A stretch of 64,000 nucleotides of DNA from Patescibacteria group bacterium. Lineage in GTDB: Bacteria; Patescibacteriota; Microgenomatia; UBA10105; UBA927. The translations under genes and the position numbers were made by a program. Location of the stretch: contig JBMOPU010000012.1 in assembly GCA_049322955.1 (NCBI GenBank), forward strand, positions 472,150-536,149, read 5' to 3'. Each line of letters begins with the position of its first letter. Within the stretch, counting starts at the first letter, position 1. Below the pieces are notes generated by a model. It saw nothing but the letters and a program-made list of their open reading frames with translations. It was not told the origin of the DNA and did no database searches. Positions 39,882 through 48,858 of the stretch are shown here, in pieces.

Positions 39882-41122
39882 GCGGTTCTGATAACCCGTT
39901 CATACGCTTCACTCATCTTTTTGGCGACACTGTCCCAGTTCAGTCTGTCGAGTTGCGGTACGGTGAGCGAACGATGGTGGGGGGTTCTCAACACCGCGTC
40001 GATTTCATGTGCGAGCACCAGGGGGTTGTTGGCACTGATGATGTGTCCTTGGGGAAGTTCCTTTAATATCGGTGAAATTCCGGTCACATCAGTGGCGATC
40101 ACCGGCGTATTACATGCAAGCGCTTCGAGCGCTACCATACCGAATGATTCGTAATGACTCGGCATGACAAGCACGTCCGCGGCATTGTAATAGTAGGGAA
40201 GTTCTTCCTGAGGTTTGGGACGGATAAATTTTACCGTGGCCAATAACCCCAATTCCTGCCGCAGATGCTCCAGTTTTTTTAGCTCGCGAGACCATAATGC
40301 TTTATCCTGCCCGATGTCGCCGCCGACAATCCACAAACAAACGTTATCAAGATATTCGGGATGTCGTTTGATAAGCGTCTTGAGTGCGACGAGCAGTACG
40401 TCAAATCCTTTGACGGGATCCATACGTCCCACCGCCAGGATAATATGATGGTCCGGGTCGGCACCGATATGTTTTTTTGCAACGTCCCGGGGCATGGGTG
40501 CAAAAAGACCGGTGTCCACTCCCGGAGGGATAGTGACAATCTTATCTGTCGGTGTGTCGTAGAGGGTCGTTAAATACTCTTTGCCCATATCACTCGAGGT
40601 AAAAAACAAATCGAGTGAGCCGGCGAGCCGTCGTTCCATGGGAATTCGCTCTTTGGGATCCTCGCTATTGCTCGATCGGGACACAAGGGCTTTCATGAGC
40701 CCCAACGTGTGAAACGTCATCACGACCGGGATAGGATGTGTTTGTCGCACCATTGAAGCCACTTCGCCCGAGAGATAGTAATGTCCGTGCATGAGATCGT
40801 AGCTTTTTCCTTCCGATTCGATAAATGCGCGCATGTTTGCGGCAAATTCCGGAAGGGCTTGTAGAATTGCGTCTTTGGAAAGCGGGGTGTGGGGACCATT
40901 TTCGATGTGGATGACGCGAAACCCGCCACCCACGTTCACGATCCGCGGGTTGACGTCATCCTGTACGCGGGTAAAGGCATCGACCTGCCATCCTTGGCGG
41001 GCGAGCGCCTTGGATAACTCGTAAACATAGACATTAATACCTCCGCGTTCCTTCCCCTCACTGGACGCAAGAGGGCATTCGTGGACGGAGATCATGGCAA
41101 TCCGCTTCTGCATGGAACTCAT
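39878..41122 (-). CDS. GT4 glycosyltransferase (MshA/BshA-like)
   Basis: RIAMIS.HE.PLA..GG.NVYV.ELS.ALA..G..V is the MshA-like N-terminus. E..PYYY..ADV.V.PS.YESFG.V.LEA.A.G.PVIAT is the GT4 C-terminal motif. Confidence 0.8.
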   Translation of the reverse strand: MSSMQKRIAMISVHECPLASSEGKERGGINVYVYELSKALARQGWQVDAFTRVQDDVNPRIVNVGGGFRVIHIENGPHTPLSKDAILQALPEFAANMRAFIESEGKSYDLMHGHYYLSGEVASMVRQTHPIPVVMTFHTLGLMKALVSRSSNSEDPKERIPMERRLAGSLDLFFTSSDMGKEYLTTLYDTPTDKIVTIPPGVDTGLFAPMPRDVAKKHIGADPDHHIILAVGRMDPVKGFDVLLVALKTLIKRHPEYLDNVCLWIVGGDIGQDKALWSRELKKLEHLRQELGLLATVKFIRPKPQEELPYYYNAADVLVMPSHYESFGMVALEALACNTPVIATDVTGISPILKELPQGHIISANNPLVLAHEIDAVLRTPHHRSLTVPQLDRLNWDSVAKKMSEAYERVIRTA

Positions 41123-41151
41123 TGTACTCCGTTTTCGGGATTCGAGGAAGC

Positions 41152-42006
41152 TTATGCCCTATGAGGACGGGCATTGATTACGCGGGCAATATCGTGGGTT
41201 GTTATGGCCGTAACTTTCGTCGCTTCGGTTCGAAGGAACGAAGACGGATTTTTGGATGAAATCTCACCAAAAAGGGCTTCTCCCATATCATGCTGGTACT
41301 GCGGGTCAAAATCAATAAAAATAATTTTTTTGGCTTTGAGTATGGTGGAAATACCCTGGGTAATGGCCTGATCGGGTGAGGTTTGTTTGCGAACCACCTG
41401 ATCACGATGTATTGTCTCGGGAGACAGTGTTGCCAGATGGGTAGGGAGGTCCTTGGGGGTTCCCGTTTCATTAAATCCCATATGGCCGCCGCATCCTATG
41501 GGGTGAAGGACGAGATCTATTTCCTGTTTTGCCAGAAGCGCTTCGTAGTTTTTGGCCACTTCACTGCCGTTTGTACCCGGATCGGCGGGGATTTCATGAA
41601 TGTTTTGGGGAGACAGTCCCAACGGACCCCACACATTTTCGCGAAGGTATCGTCGGAAACTGTCCGGGTGATCAGCGGAAATAGGGAAATATTCATCCAA
41701 ATGAAATGCTTTGACCTTGTCAAACGAAACACTTCGTTCCTTGGCTATTTTTGCCAGCTGTTCATAGACGGATTTTGCCTGATTTCCCGTGGGGAAGGAT
41801 ATTGCCGCGTCGGGCTTTTCTTTCACCACATCAAGGATCATTTCGGCGGCCAATCTGGCCGCTTCTTCGCGCGTCGGGAGCGAATAGACGTGCGGAATTT
41901 CCGGGTGCGGAATCTCACGGATACGATCTTCCCAATAACCCAACGGTACCCCTTCCGTGCTGGGAAGGGTATGAATTGCCACCCGTTCGTAAGAAATGAC
42001 GCTCAT
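41152..42006 (-). CDS. nagB: Glucosamine-6-phosphate deaminase / 6-phosphogluconolactonase-family protein
   Basis: FPTGNQAKSVYEQL...SF..V.AFHLDEY...HP.SF..Y...V and ...GCGGHMGFNETG parallel NagB blocks LPTGGTP, FNMDEYVGLP and GGVGNDGHIAFNEP. Confidence 0.7.
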   Translation of the reverse strand: MSVISYERVAIHTLPSTEGVPLGYWEDRIREIPHPEIPHVYSLPTREEAARLAAEMILDVVKEKPDAAISFPTGNQAKSVYEQLAKIAKERSVSFDKVKAFHLDEYFPISADHPDSFRRYLRENVWGPLGLSPQNIHEIPADPGTNGSEVAKNYEALLAKQEIDLVLHPIGCGGHMGFNETGTPKDLPTHLATLSPETIHRDQVVRKQTSPDQAITQGISTILKAKKIIFIDFDPQYQHDMGEALFGEISSKNPSSFLRTEATKVTAITTHDIARVINARPHRA

Positions 42007-42082
42007 AGAAGTACCCGGCTACTCTTAAAAGACCCATAGTATATTCCTTTACGGCCAAAATAGCAAGTACGGTCAATACCCG

Positions 42083-43888
42083 TCACTTCACCGTGACGCT
42101 TTTGGCCAGATTTCTCGGCATATCGGGATCAAAACCTCGTTCCATCGTGAGGTAATATGCCATCAGCTGGCCGATCACCACATTGGGAATGATGGTCACT
42201 TCACCCACGTCGGGGACGGGGATATACTCGTCAAATACTTCCTCCCGCACCGGCGAAATACCGATGATATGTGCTCCCCGAGCCTTCATTTCCATCGCAT
42301 TGGCGATAGCGCTCGCGTGATGGATGTCATTGGGTGCGTACACGATACACGTAGCACTTTTGGTAATTAACGCCAGCGGTCCGTGTTTGAGTTCTCCCGC
42401 CGAGACTCCTTCCGCGTGGATATAGGATATTTCCTTTATCTTAAGCGCACATTCAAGTACGGTGCTGTACGATATACCCCGACCTACCACGAAAAGATGC
42501 TCGCTGTTTTTAAGCGTATGCGCGATATCCTGGATTTTTGCGACGGTTTCGTTCTTTAACACCTCACGACAAGCTTTGGCCGCCTGCGCAACAAGTGATT
42601 GCCCGGTGCGGATGTCGCCCCGCATGGCATACGCCATCAGAAGCAGTTGTGCTACCATCGCGGTAAATGCTTTTGTGGAAGCGACTCCTTTTTCCGGACC
42701 CGCTCCTATGGGGAGCGCCATATCGGATGTCCGCCACAGTGACGAATTGACGACATTAACAAGCGAAAGGACTTTGGCATGATTCGCTTTTGCGTGTTTG
42801 ACTACGTCCAAAAGATCCATGGTTTCGCCCGATTGGGATAAAAAGAGCATGACCGAGTCCTTCGGCAGTATGTCGATATGGTGATGCATTTCCGTCGGAC
42901 TGCTCCAGTTGGTTATCTTTTTGGCGACCGTCGCGAAATAATACGAACCGGCCTGCGCCGCATATCCGCTGGTACCGCTACCCACAAGATAAATGCGGGA
43001 AGCGCTTTGCAATACTTTAGCCATCTCGGTTGCCTGGTGGGTTGATTCCGCGGCAATTTCAGTGAGTAATCCCGGCTGTTCATAAATCTCTTTCAGCATA
43101 AAGTACGGGTATTTGCCTTTTTCGGCCTCATCGGCCGTCCACGTGAGCAGTTGTTTCTTGGGTCGCACGCGTTCGCCGGTATAGGCGTTAAAGATATGGA
43201 TGTTTTCGCGCGTGACGACGACCATCTCGTCATCTTCAAGGAAATGTACCTGTTTGGTGTGCGGGAGCAGGGCCACCGGATCGCTTGCGAGGTAATTTTC
43301 CCCGTCGCCGAATCCCACGACCAACGGCGATCCGTTTCGTGCGGCTACCATTTCGTTTGCTGACGTATTGATGACGATGATGGCGTTTAACCCCTCCAGA
43401 TCCTTAAACGTCGCCTGGACGGCCTTGGAAAATGCCGGTGCCGCATCGCGGGGGAGCACGGTGAAATTTTTCAAATATTCTTCGACCAAATGGGCGATCA
43501 CCTCGGTATCGGTTTCGGATACGAATACGTGCCCCTGTTTCTTGAGGCGTTCACGCAGAACTTCATGATTCTCGACGATACCGTTATGGATGACGGCGAT
43601 CGTTTTCGTGCAATCAAGGTGCGGGTGGGCATTTTTGTCCGTTACGCCGCCGTGGGTGGCCCAACGGGTGTGGCCGAAGGCAAGCGCTCCTTCAGGCATG
43701 TCCGTAACGGTCGCTTTGCCGATTTTTCCCGCCTTCTTTTTGACCACTATTTTTTTGTCATTTTCATTCGACGGAACAACCGCGACACCCCAACTGTCGT
43801 AGCCACGATACTCCAGTGTTTTTAGTCCCGTAAGAACAATAGACGGCGCCGATTTTTTGGTACCGATATACCCGAAAATACCACACAT
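42083..43888 (-). CDS. glmS: Glutamine--fructose-6-phosphate aminotransferase
   Basis: MCGIFGY N-terminal Cys-amidotransferase domain and two SIS domains. AAGGAGG lies 8 nt upstream of the ATG. Confidence 0.95.
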   Translation of the reverse strand: MCGIFGYIGTKKSAPSIVLTGLKTLEYRGYDSWGVAVVPSNENDKKIVVKKKAGKIGKATVTDMPEGALAFGHTRWATHGGVTDKNAHPHLDCTKTIAVIHNGIVENHEVLRERLKKQGHVFVSETDTEVIAHLVEEYLKNFTVLPRDAAPAFSKAVQATFKDLEGLNAIIVINTSANEMVAARNGSPLVVGFGDGENYLASDPVALLPHTKQVHFLEDDEMVVVTRENIHIFNAYTGERVRPKKQLLTWTADEAEKGKYPYFMLKEIYEQPGLLTEIAAESTHQATEMAKVLQSASRIYLVGSGTSGYAAQAGSYYFATVAKKITNWSSPTEMHHHIDILPKDSVMLFLSQSGETMDLLDVVKHAKANHAKVLSLVNVVNSSLWRTSDMALPIGAGPEKGVASTKAFTAMVAQLLLMAYAMRGDIRTGQSLVAQAAKACREVLKNETVAKIQDIAHTLKNSEHLFVVGRGISYSTVLECALKIKEISYIHAEGVSAGELKHGPLALITKSATCIVYAPNDIHHASAIANAMEMKARGAHIIGISPVREEVFDEYIPVPDVGEVTIIPNVVIGQLMAYYLTMERGFDPDMPRNLAKSVTVK

Positions 43889-44262
43889 AGAAGCCTCCTT
43901 TGGCAGGTGATCCTATACGATGATAGGAAATAGTACGTTTTGAAGAATGTTGGGAGAGTAACGGACTCCGTTGTTTGTCGTTCTATGCCTCGCATTACTG
44001 CGGGGTTTCTCGCAAACATTGCGGTGGGGAGTGCCACCGAGGGGTTTCCGCAGATACTACTCCTTCCTGGGTTACCCGACTACTGGTTTTCCCATCTCCT
44101 CCCTGAAAACGGGAAGAAGAGAAAGAATGTCCGATTTCTCCCGCCGTGGCGGGAGACCCCTTCCTCGTATCCCTCCTCTCAGTCTGGCTTTGCCGGACAG
44201 TGAGGGCGGGCCACACGCTTATATATTCTCTGGCGAAGCCAGATCCCGCTGTGCGGGACAAT
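43889..44262 (-). promoter_or_regulatory. Long structured 5' leader of glmS; candidate glmS-ribozyme-like element (unverified)
   Basis: A 474-bp ORF-free spacer sits in an otherwise tightly packed genome. The leader-strand sequence contains ACGAGGAAGGGG (cf. the GACGAGGAUGGAGG core of the glmS ribozyme), several GC hairpins and GCGGG/CCCGC pseudoknot-capable pairs. No confident full alignment to the ribozyme was possible by eye. Confidence 0.25.
44229..44243 (+). repeat. Hairpin motif TCTGGC-GAA-GCCAGA (copy A)
   Basis: A perfect 6-bp inverted repeat lies 93-120 nt upstream of the deoxynucleoside kinase start. A degenerate copy, TCTGGC-TTT-GCCGGA, is at 44183-44197. Confidence 0.6.
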
Positions 44263-44362
44263 TACCGTTCTCTTTATGCTCCTTCCTTTCCGTATCCTAC
44301 CGTTCCCGTTCTTGTATTGTCAAGAAATATAACCTGTGATACAACCACAGAAAGCAAATGTC

Positions 44363-44998
44363 ATGAAAGAACAAAACGAATATATTGCGGTCATGGGGAC
44401 GATGGGCAGTGGAAAAACGACAGCCGCCCAACTCTTAAGCAAAGAACTCCGATTTTCCCTTATTGAAGAAAACGTTAAAGAAAACGCGTTTTTACCCCGG
44501 TTTTACAAGGATATGAAACGATGGGCATTCCATTCTCAGGTATTTTTTCTGATGGAAAAGATTCGGCAGATGCTGGAAACAAAAAACATGCTGGTAAAAA
44601 CTTCTGTTGTGCAGGATACGCCGATCACGCAGGATGTCTTTTCGTACGCCAGGGCACAGCATGAATTGGGAAATATGGATGATGCCGAATGGGCGCTATA
44701 CCAGAAAATATATCATGAGTTCACTCCGCACTTTCCTCAGCCAGATCTTATCGTATTTTTGGATACCTCGATTCCCGCCATTGAACAGCGTATCGCCGCG
44801 CGCGGCAGGGGATTTGAACAGACGATTCCCACCGACTACCTGGAGCTTTTGGATAAACTCAACCGTCGTTGGCTGGAACAAAACACCACGATTCCCGTCG
44901 TCCGAATCCCTACCGATACCCTTGACATTGCACGAAACAGAGACGCCCAGGAACAATTTGTTTCCATCGTTCGTTCCGCGTTAAGTCGCAAAAAGTAG
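44363..44998 (+). CDS. Deoxynucleoside kinase (dAK/dCK/dGK family)
   Basis: IAVMGTMGSGKTT P-loop, ERS-like (FARAQ) and LID-region organisation typical of the dNK family. An alternative start lies at 44336. Confidence 0.8.
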   Translation: MKEQNEYIAVMGTMGSGKTTAAQLLSKELRFSLIEENVKENAFLPRFYKDMKRWAFHSQVFFLMEKIRQMLETKNMLVKTSVVQDTPITQDVFSYARAQHELGNMDDAEWALYQKIYHEFTPHFPQPDLIVFLDTSIPAIEQRIAARGRGFEQTIPTDYLELLDKLNRRWLEQNTTIPVVRIPTDTLDIARNRDAQEQFVSIVRSALSRKK

Positions 44999-45015
44999 TG
45001 TACACTACGAAAACT

Positions 45016-45666
45016 ATGCAAAAAATTTCCGGCATTTCGGTTTGTATATGGGATTTCGACGGCACCTTGTACAAACAACAGCCTGAGTTATGGGACAATA
45101 TCCGCGAATCGGAAATACGGGTCGTGCAAAAATACACGGGCTGGAGTGAGGAAAAGGCAAAAGCGGAGTTTTATAAGATTTACGGGGTACAAACTCCCAG
45201 CGGGACAAAAACGACCGCGTTGCTTACCGGGATTACCAATGCGCAGGCGTCCATCGAATCATCAGCGGGCACGAGTTATGAGAAGTACCTCAAAAAAGAT
45301 TCCAAGCTTACCGAACTCTTTGCCAAACTTTCGCATCTTACCCACTATATGCTTGTTAACGGGTCGCAGAGTTCCGTTCGAAGGGGAGCGGATCTGTTGG
45401 GCCTTGATACCGGGATATTTACCGAAATAGTGACGAGCGAAATAGTGGGAGAAACAAAACCCAGCCAAAAAGGATTCCGGTATATCCTCGAAAAAACGGG
45501 ACTTCCCGCCACGTCACATCTGATGGTCGGGGACAGGGAAAAAGTTGATTTGGCACCTGCCCGGGAATTGGGCATACGAACCTGTCTCGTGTGGCAGGAT
45601 ACGCCGGGTGACATTGCAGAGGTTACTCTTCCGACGGTGTATGATGTGGTAAGTGTGCTAGGATAA
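45016..45666 (+). CDS. HAD-family hydrolase (nucleotidase-like)
   Basis: VCIWDFDGTLY (DxDGT), ..LVNGS.. and MVGDREKVDLAPA HAD motifs. An alternative GTG start at 44998 overlaps the dNK stop. Confidence 0.75.
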   Translation: MQKISGISVCIWDFDGTLYKQQPELWDNIRESEIRVVQKYTGWSEEKAKAEFYKIYGVQTPSGTKTTALLTGITNAQASIESSAGTSYEKYLKKDSKLTELFAKLSHLTHYMLVNGSQSSVRRGADLLGLDTGIFTEIVTSEIVGETKPSQKGFRYILEKTGLPATSHLMVGDREKVDLAPARELGIRTCLVWQDTPGDIAEVTLPTVYDVVSVLG

Positions 45667-45670
45667 CACT

Positions 45671-46780
45671 ATGCGGATTTTCTTTACTGCGGCAACTACC
45701 AATAACGGTGATTACCTTACTCAGGAAAAAGCGATTGTTGCGGGTATAAAAAAGTTCGGTCACACCCTCACCTCCGGCGAACAGATACTCGACCACAAAA
45801 AACTTGCCAAAGATGCGGCTACCACGGCGGAAGAAATTTTTTACCGGGAAAAACAAGCCATTGACGAGGCCGATTGCGTCATTGCCGAAGTGACGAAACC
45901 CAGTAGCGGGGTCGGCGGAGAGTTGGTGTATGCGCTGACGCATCACAAACCGGTCTTGGCGCTTTTTTACAAAGATGCCCCGAATGAACTTTCAACCATG
46001 ATTTCCGGGAATCCTTCCGACCACTTATTTCTCGAGCATTACGATGAAGACAGCTTATCGATCATCATGAAGCATTTTCTGGAACAAGTTGAAGTGGAAA
46101 AAAACAGGCGCGGCAAACTGATCGTGATCGACGGCGGGGACGGATCGGGGAAAACCACCCAGGCACAGCTTTTGACGTCCTATTTTACCGACCGGGGAGT
46201 ACCGGTGAAATCATTTGATTTCCCGAGGTATTATAGTTCCTTCCACGGAAAAATGGCGGGGAGGTTTTTGGCGGGAGAATTCGGTGAAAACGTATCTCCC
46301 TACCTTGCATCGCTTGCCTATGCGCTTGATCGGGCGAGTGCGAAAGAAGAAATGGATTTATGGCTTTCCCACGGAGGAATTATCGTCTCTAACCGCTATG
46401 CGACCAGTAATATGGCGCACCAGGGAGCACGCCTTCCGGAAAAAGATCGGAAAGAATTTTTGGCATGGATCGATGAGCTGGAGTACAAAGTTCACAAAAT
46501 TCCCCGTGAAGATATCGTGATTTATCTGCATGTCCCGTGGCAAATAGGGATGGAGCTTACCAAGAAAAAAGGAGAGCGGGCATATCTGGGTGAGAAAAGC
46601 GATATTTTGGAAGCCGATGTCCGCCATCGGCAGGCCTCCGAGGATATGTATCTGACACTTGCCCGTGAACGAGTTGGCTGGGAGCTTATTGAATGTGCGG
46701 AAAACGGTTTAATTCTTCCGAAAGAGGCAATTCACCAAAAAGTGCTCGATGTTTTAAAAAAACGCGGTATCATTACGTAA
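45671..46780 (+). CDS. tmk: Fusion: nucleoside 2-deoxyribosyltransferase/DNPH1-like domain + thymidylate kinase
   Basis: The N-terminal ~150 aa carry KPSSGVGGELVYA (cf. DNPH1/Rcl PSLGVGYELGRA). The C-terminus has the Tmk P-loop LIVIDGGDGSGKTTQ, the DRY-like VSNRYATS block and lid residues. Confidence 0.75.
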   Translation: MRIFFTAATTNNGDYLTQEKAIVAGIKKFGHTLTSGEQILDHKKLAKDAATTAEEIFYREKQAIDEADCVIAEVTKPSSGVGGELVYALTHHKPVLALFYKDAPNELSTMISGNPSDHLFLEHYDEDSLSIIMKHFLEQVEVEKNRRGKLIVIDGGDGSGKTTQAQLLTSYFTDRGVPVKSFDFPRYYSSFHGKMAGRFLAGEFGENVSPYLASLAYALDRASAKEEMDLWLSHGGIIVSNRYATSNMAHQGARLPEKDRKEFLAWIDELEYKVHKIPREDIVIYLHVPWQIGMELTKKKGERAYLGEKSDILEADVRHRQASEDMYLTLARERVGWELIECAENGLILPKEAIHQKVLDVLKKRGIIT

Positions 46781-47380
46781 ATGACGACCATTTATCTTGT
46801 TCGCCACGGTCACTATGACAGTCCCTCTCCCGTAGCCCCGTACCGCCTTCCCGGATTCCACCTGTCCGCGCTCGGCAAGACGCAGGTGGCGGCACTCGCG
46901 GAGACACTCAAATCCGTCAAGCTCTCTGCGATATTTACCAGCCCCATGGAACGGACGCAGGAAACGGCGGCGATGATCGGCAAGCCCCATACTATTCACC
47001 CCATCGTCGATACCCGTCTGCTTGAGGTCCGTTCACCCCTTCAGGGGAAGACGCTAGAGGAAATTGAGGCTTTGGGAGGCTGGAATTGGCAAATCTATGA
47101 AACGGCATGGTATGCATCGCAAAAAGGTGAAACCATAAAAGAAATACAGGCGCGGGTGATATCGTGCATTGAAGAAAAACGCAAGGAATACCGCAACAAC
47201 GGGGTCGTGCTTGTTTCACACGGCGATCCGATTATGCTGGCTGTGGCCTATTATCGGGGGATAACGCCTACGATCGAACACCTGACCGCATTGCAACCGT
47301 ATGTGGCTATGGCAACCGGGTTCCGCATCATTTTTGAGGCTAAATCGGTTGTCGGAATATATCCTATAGTTGCTTCTTGA
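46781..47380 (+). CDS. Histidine phosphatase family protein (PGAM-like)
   Basis: IYLVRHGH (RHG motif) ... VLVSHGD. Confidence 0.8.
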   Translation: MTTIYLVRHGHYDSPSPVAPYRLPGFHLSALGKTQVAALAETLKSVKLSAIFTSPMERTQETAAMIGKPHTIHPIVDTRLLEVRSPLQGKTLEEIEALGGWNWQIYETAWYASQKGETIKEIQARVISCIEEKRKEYRNNGVVLVSHGDPIMLAVAYYRGITPTIEHLTALQPYVAMATGFRIIFEAKSVVGIYPIVAS

Positions 47381-47411
47381 CAAGAATGTTTTCGGGTGGT
47401 ATAAATATAAA

Positions 47412-47450
47412 AAGCGCCAAAAAGCTTTTTGAGGCGCCTTTTTTATTTTT
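47412..47450 (+). terminator. Rho-independent terminator
   Basis: AAGCGCCAAAAAGC/TTTTTGAGGCGCC stem followed by TTTTTTATTTTT. Confidence 0.7.
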
Positions 47451-47483
47451 AACAACGTACGGTATTTTTCTCAAGTAACGCCA

Positions 47484-47498
47484 TCTGGCTCAGCCAGA
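47484..47498 (+). repeat. Hairpin motif TCTGGC-TCA-GCCAGA (copy C)
   Basis: A perfect 6-bp inverted repeat lies 14 nt upstream of the ATG at 47512. Confidence 0.6.
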
Positions 47499-47511
47499 CG
47501 TAGGACACCAA

Positions 47512-48360
47512 ATGAAAAATCTGGAACAACAGTCGTCGCTTCAGTTTTCCCCTCAGTCTTTCACGCGCACGGAAAAATTACCCATTACCTTTGTGACCAG
47601 CTCCGACGGACACAACAAGGCCGCGGTATTTCAAAAATGGCTTCCCGATTGGGAAATCGGGCATCGCGAACCGCTGTTTAATGAGGATAAAATTCACCAA
47701 ACCGCTCCCCGGGACGAACACCGTCCGCAGGTGATTGCCGAGCACAAGGCAAAGGATGATATTGCCATGGCGCAAGCCATTTCGGGGATTGCCAATGCGA
47801 TCGTCGAGAATGCCGATTTATACACCGACGGTGATGAAAAAATGCTTCTTTACACCGACACGGTACAATTGGTGCACGTTTCCGATACGGAAACGGCAAT
47901 CCTCGAAAAGCCGGTGGGAGATCCCCTCGAGTGGGCGACCAATTCTCCGGAGGCAATGATTCAATCGGGCAAGGATATAGAGATCATCAATGCCTTAACG
48001 GGCATTCGTGCGGGCAAAAACGGTATTTCGGAACCGGCAACCGTTATCTTACACGTTAAAGCCACGATGCGTCCCTTCACCCGCGAAGATATCATCGCGT
48101 ATGCCAAAACCCCGGGTAATACCATTGCGCAAACATCGGGAGGCATCTCCATGGCAAACGGAGGACGGTCATTTTTGGATATGGATAAACCGTTAATTGT
48201 CAGTGTCGCCGATTCCATGGACGATATTCCTACCGAAATCATCCGGTACGATACCTGGCACCATGTTCCCAATGCCGCATTAAAGCCCTTCATTTGCGGT
48301 GCGGTAGAGCCCGCCGTTGAACGCCTGGTTGCAAAAACCAAGGTAGCCCCCCTAACGTAA
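47512..48360 (+). CDS. Hypothetical protein, possibly divergent Maf/Ham1-like nucleotide pyrophosphatase
   Basis: Weak block similarity to Maf: KLPITFVTSSDGHNKAAVFQ (N-terminal Rossmann-like), MRPFTREDIIAYAKTPGNTIAQTSGGISMANGGRSF (cf. F..LS.EEI..YV.TGEPLDKAGAYGIQG) and DKPLIVSVAD (cf. NVVGLPL). This is a low-confidence assignment. Confidence 0.35.
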   Translation: MKNLEQQSSLQFSPQSFTRTEKLPITFVTSSDGHNKAAVFQKWLPDWEIGHREPLFNEDKIHQTAPRDEHRPQVIAEHKAKDDIAMAQAISGIANAIVENADLYTDGDEKMLLYTDTVQLVHVSDTETAILEKPVGDPLEWATNSPEAMIQSGKDIEIINALTGIRAGKNGISEPATVILHVKATMRPFTREDIIAYAKTPGNTIAQTSGGISMANGGRSFLDMDKPLIVSVADSMDDIPTEIIRYDTWHHVPNAALKPFICGAVEPAVERLVAKTKVAPLT

Positions 48361-48363
48361 CGT

Positions 48364-48858
48364 ATGACAAGCCGATATGAATTGGCACAGCGTGCGGCGG
48401 ATGCCTACGATATCTATCGCGCCTATTTCGGTGTTCCCGAGGATCACGAGGCCTATGCCCGTTTTTTTACGCCGCCGGTGTGTAATAAGGCCGAACCCCG
48501 AATGCGCCGAATGATGGAAACAACAACCCGGCAGGGGGAACGGTTACTTTTGGGTACCCGCGTATGGGGACTTATGGAGAAGCGATATGTGTACGGACTT
48601 GAACGTTGGATACCGCATGCCCCGCAACGGGCACACCTTACGGTTGTGGTGAAAAATCCTCTTGCCGAAATAGCGGATGCCCTTTGTGAACGACTCGGGG
48701 TCCGGAACGCGCTTATCGTCTATGACAAATTGCCCATACCGCAAGTGCTCATGGGGGGAGTGATACGAAAAAGCGTCTATGCGATTCGTCCGGTGCTTGA
48801 AGGAGATGTCAAACAGGCTCTGCTTGCCCTCTGGAAAAAGCATGAAGTACTCCGATGA
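48364..48858 (+). CDS. Hypothetical protein (164 aa)
   Basis: It starts 4 nt after the upstream stop and has protein-like composition. No motif was recognised. Confidence 0.45.
   Translation: MTSRYELAQRAADAYDIYRAYFGVPEDHEAYARFFTPPVCNKAEPRMRRMMETTTRQGERLLLGTRVWGLMEKRYVYGLERWIPHAPQRAHLTVVVKNPLAEIADALCERLGVRNALIVYDKLPIPQVLMGGVIRKSVYAIRPVLEGDVKQALLALWKKHEVLR

Noticed and set aside
43940-44466. Small overlapping ORFs (87, 122, 88 and 106 aa) in the glmS-dNK spacer
   Set aside because: They have no homologs and mutually overlapping frames, and are rich in Pro/Arg/Ser typical of GC-skewed noncoding sequence. The region is treated as a structured leader.
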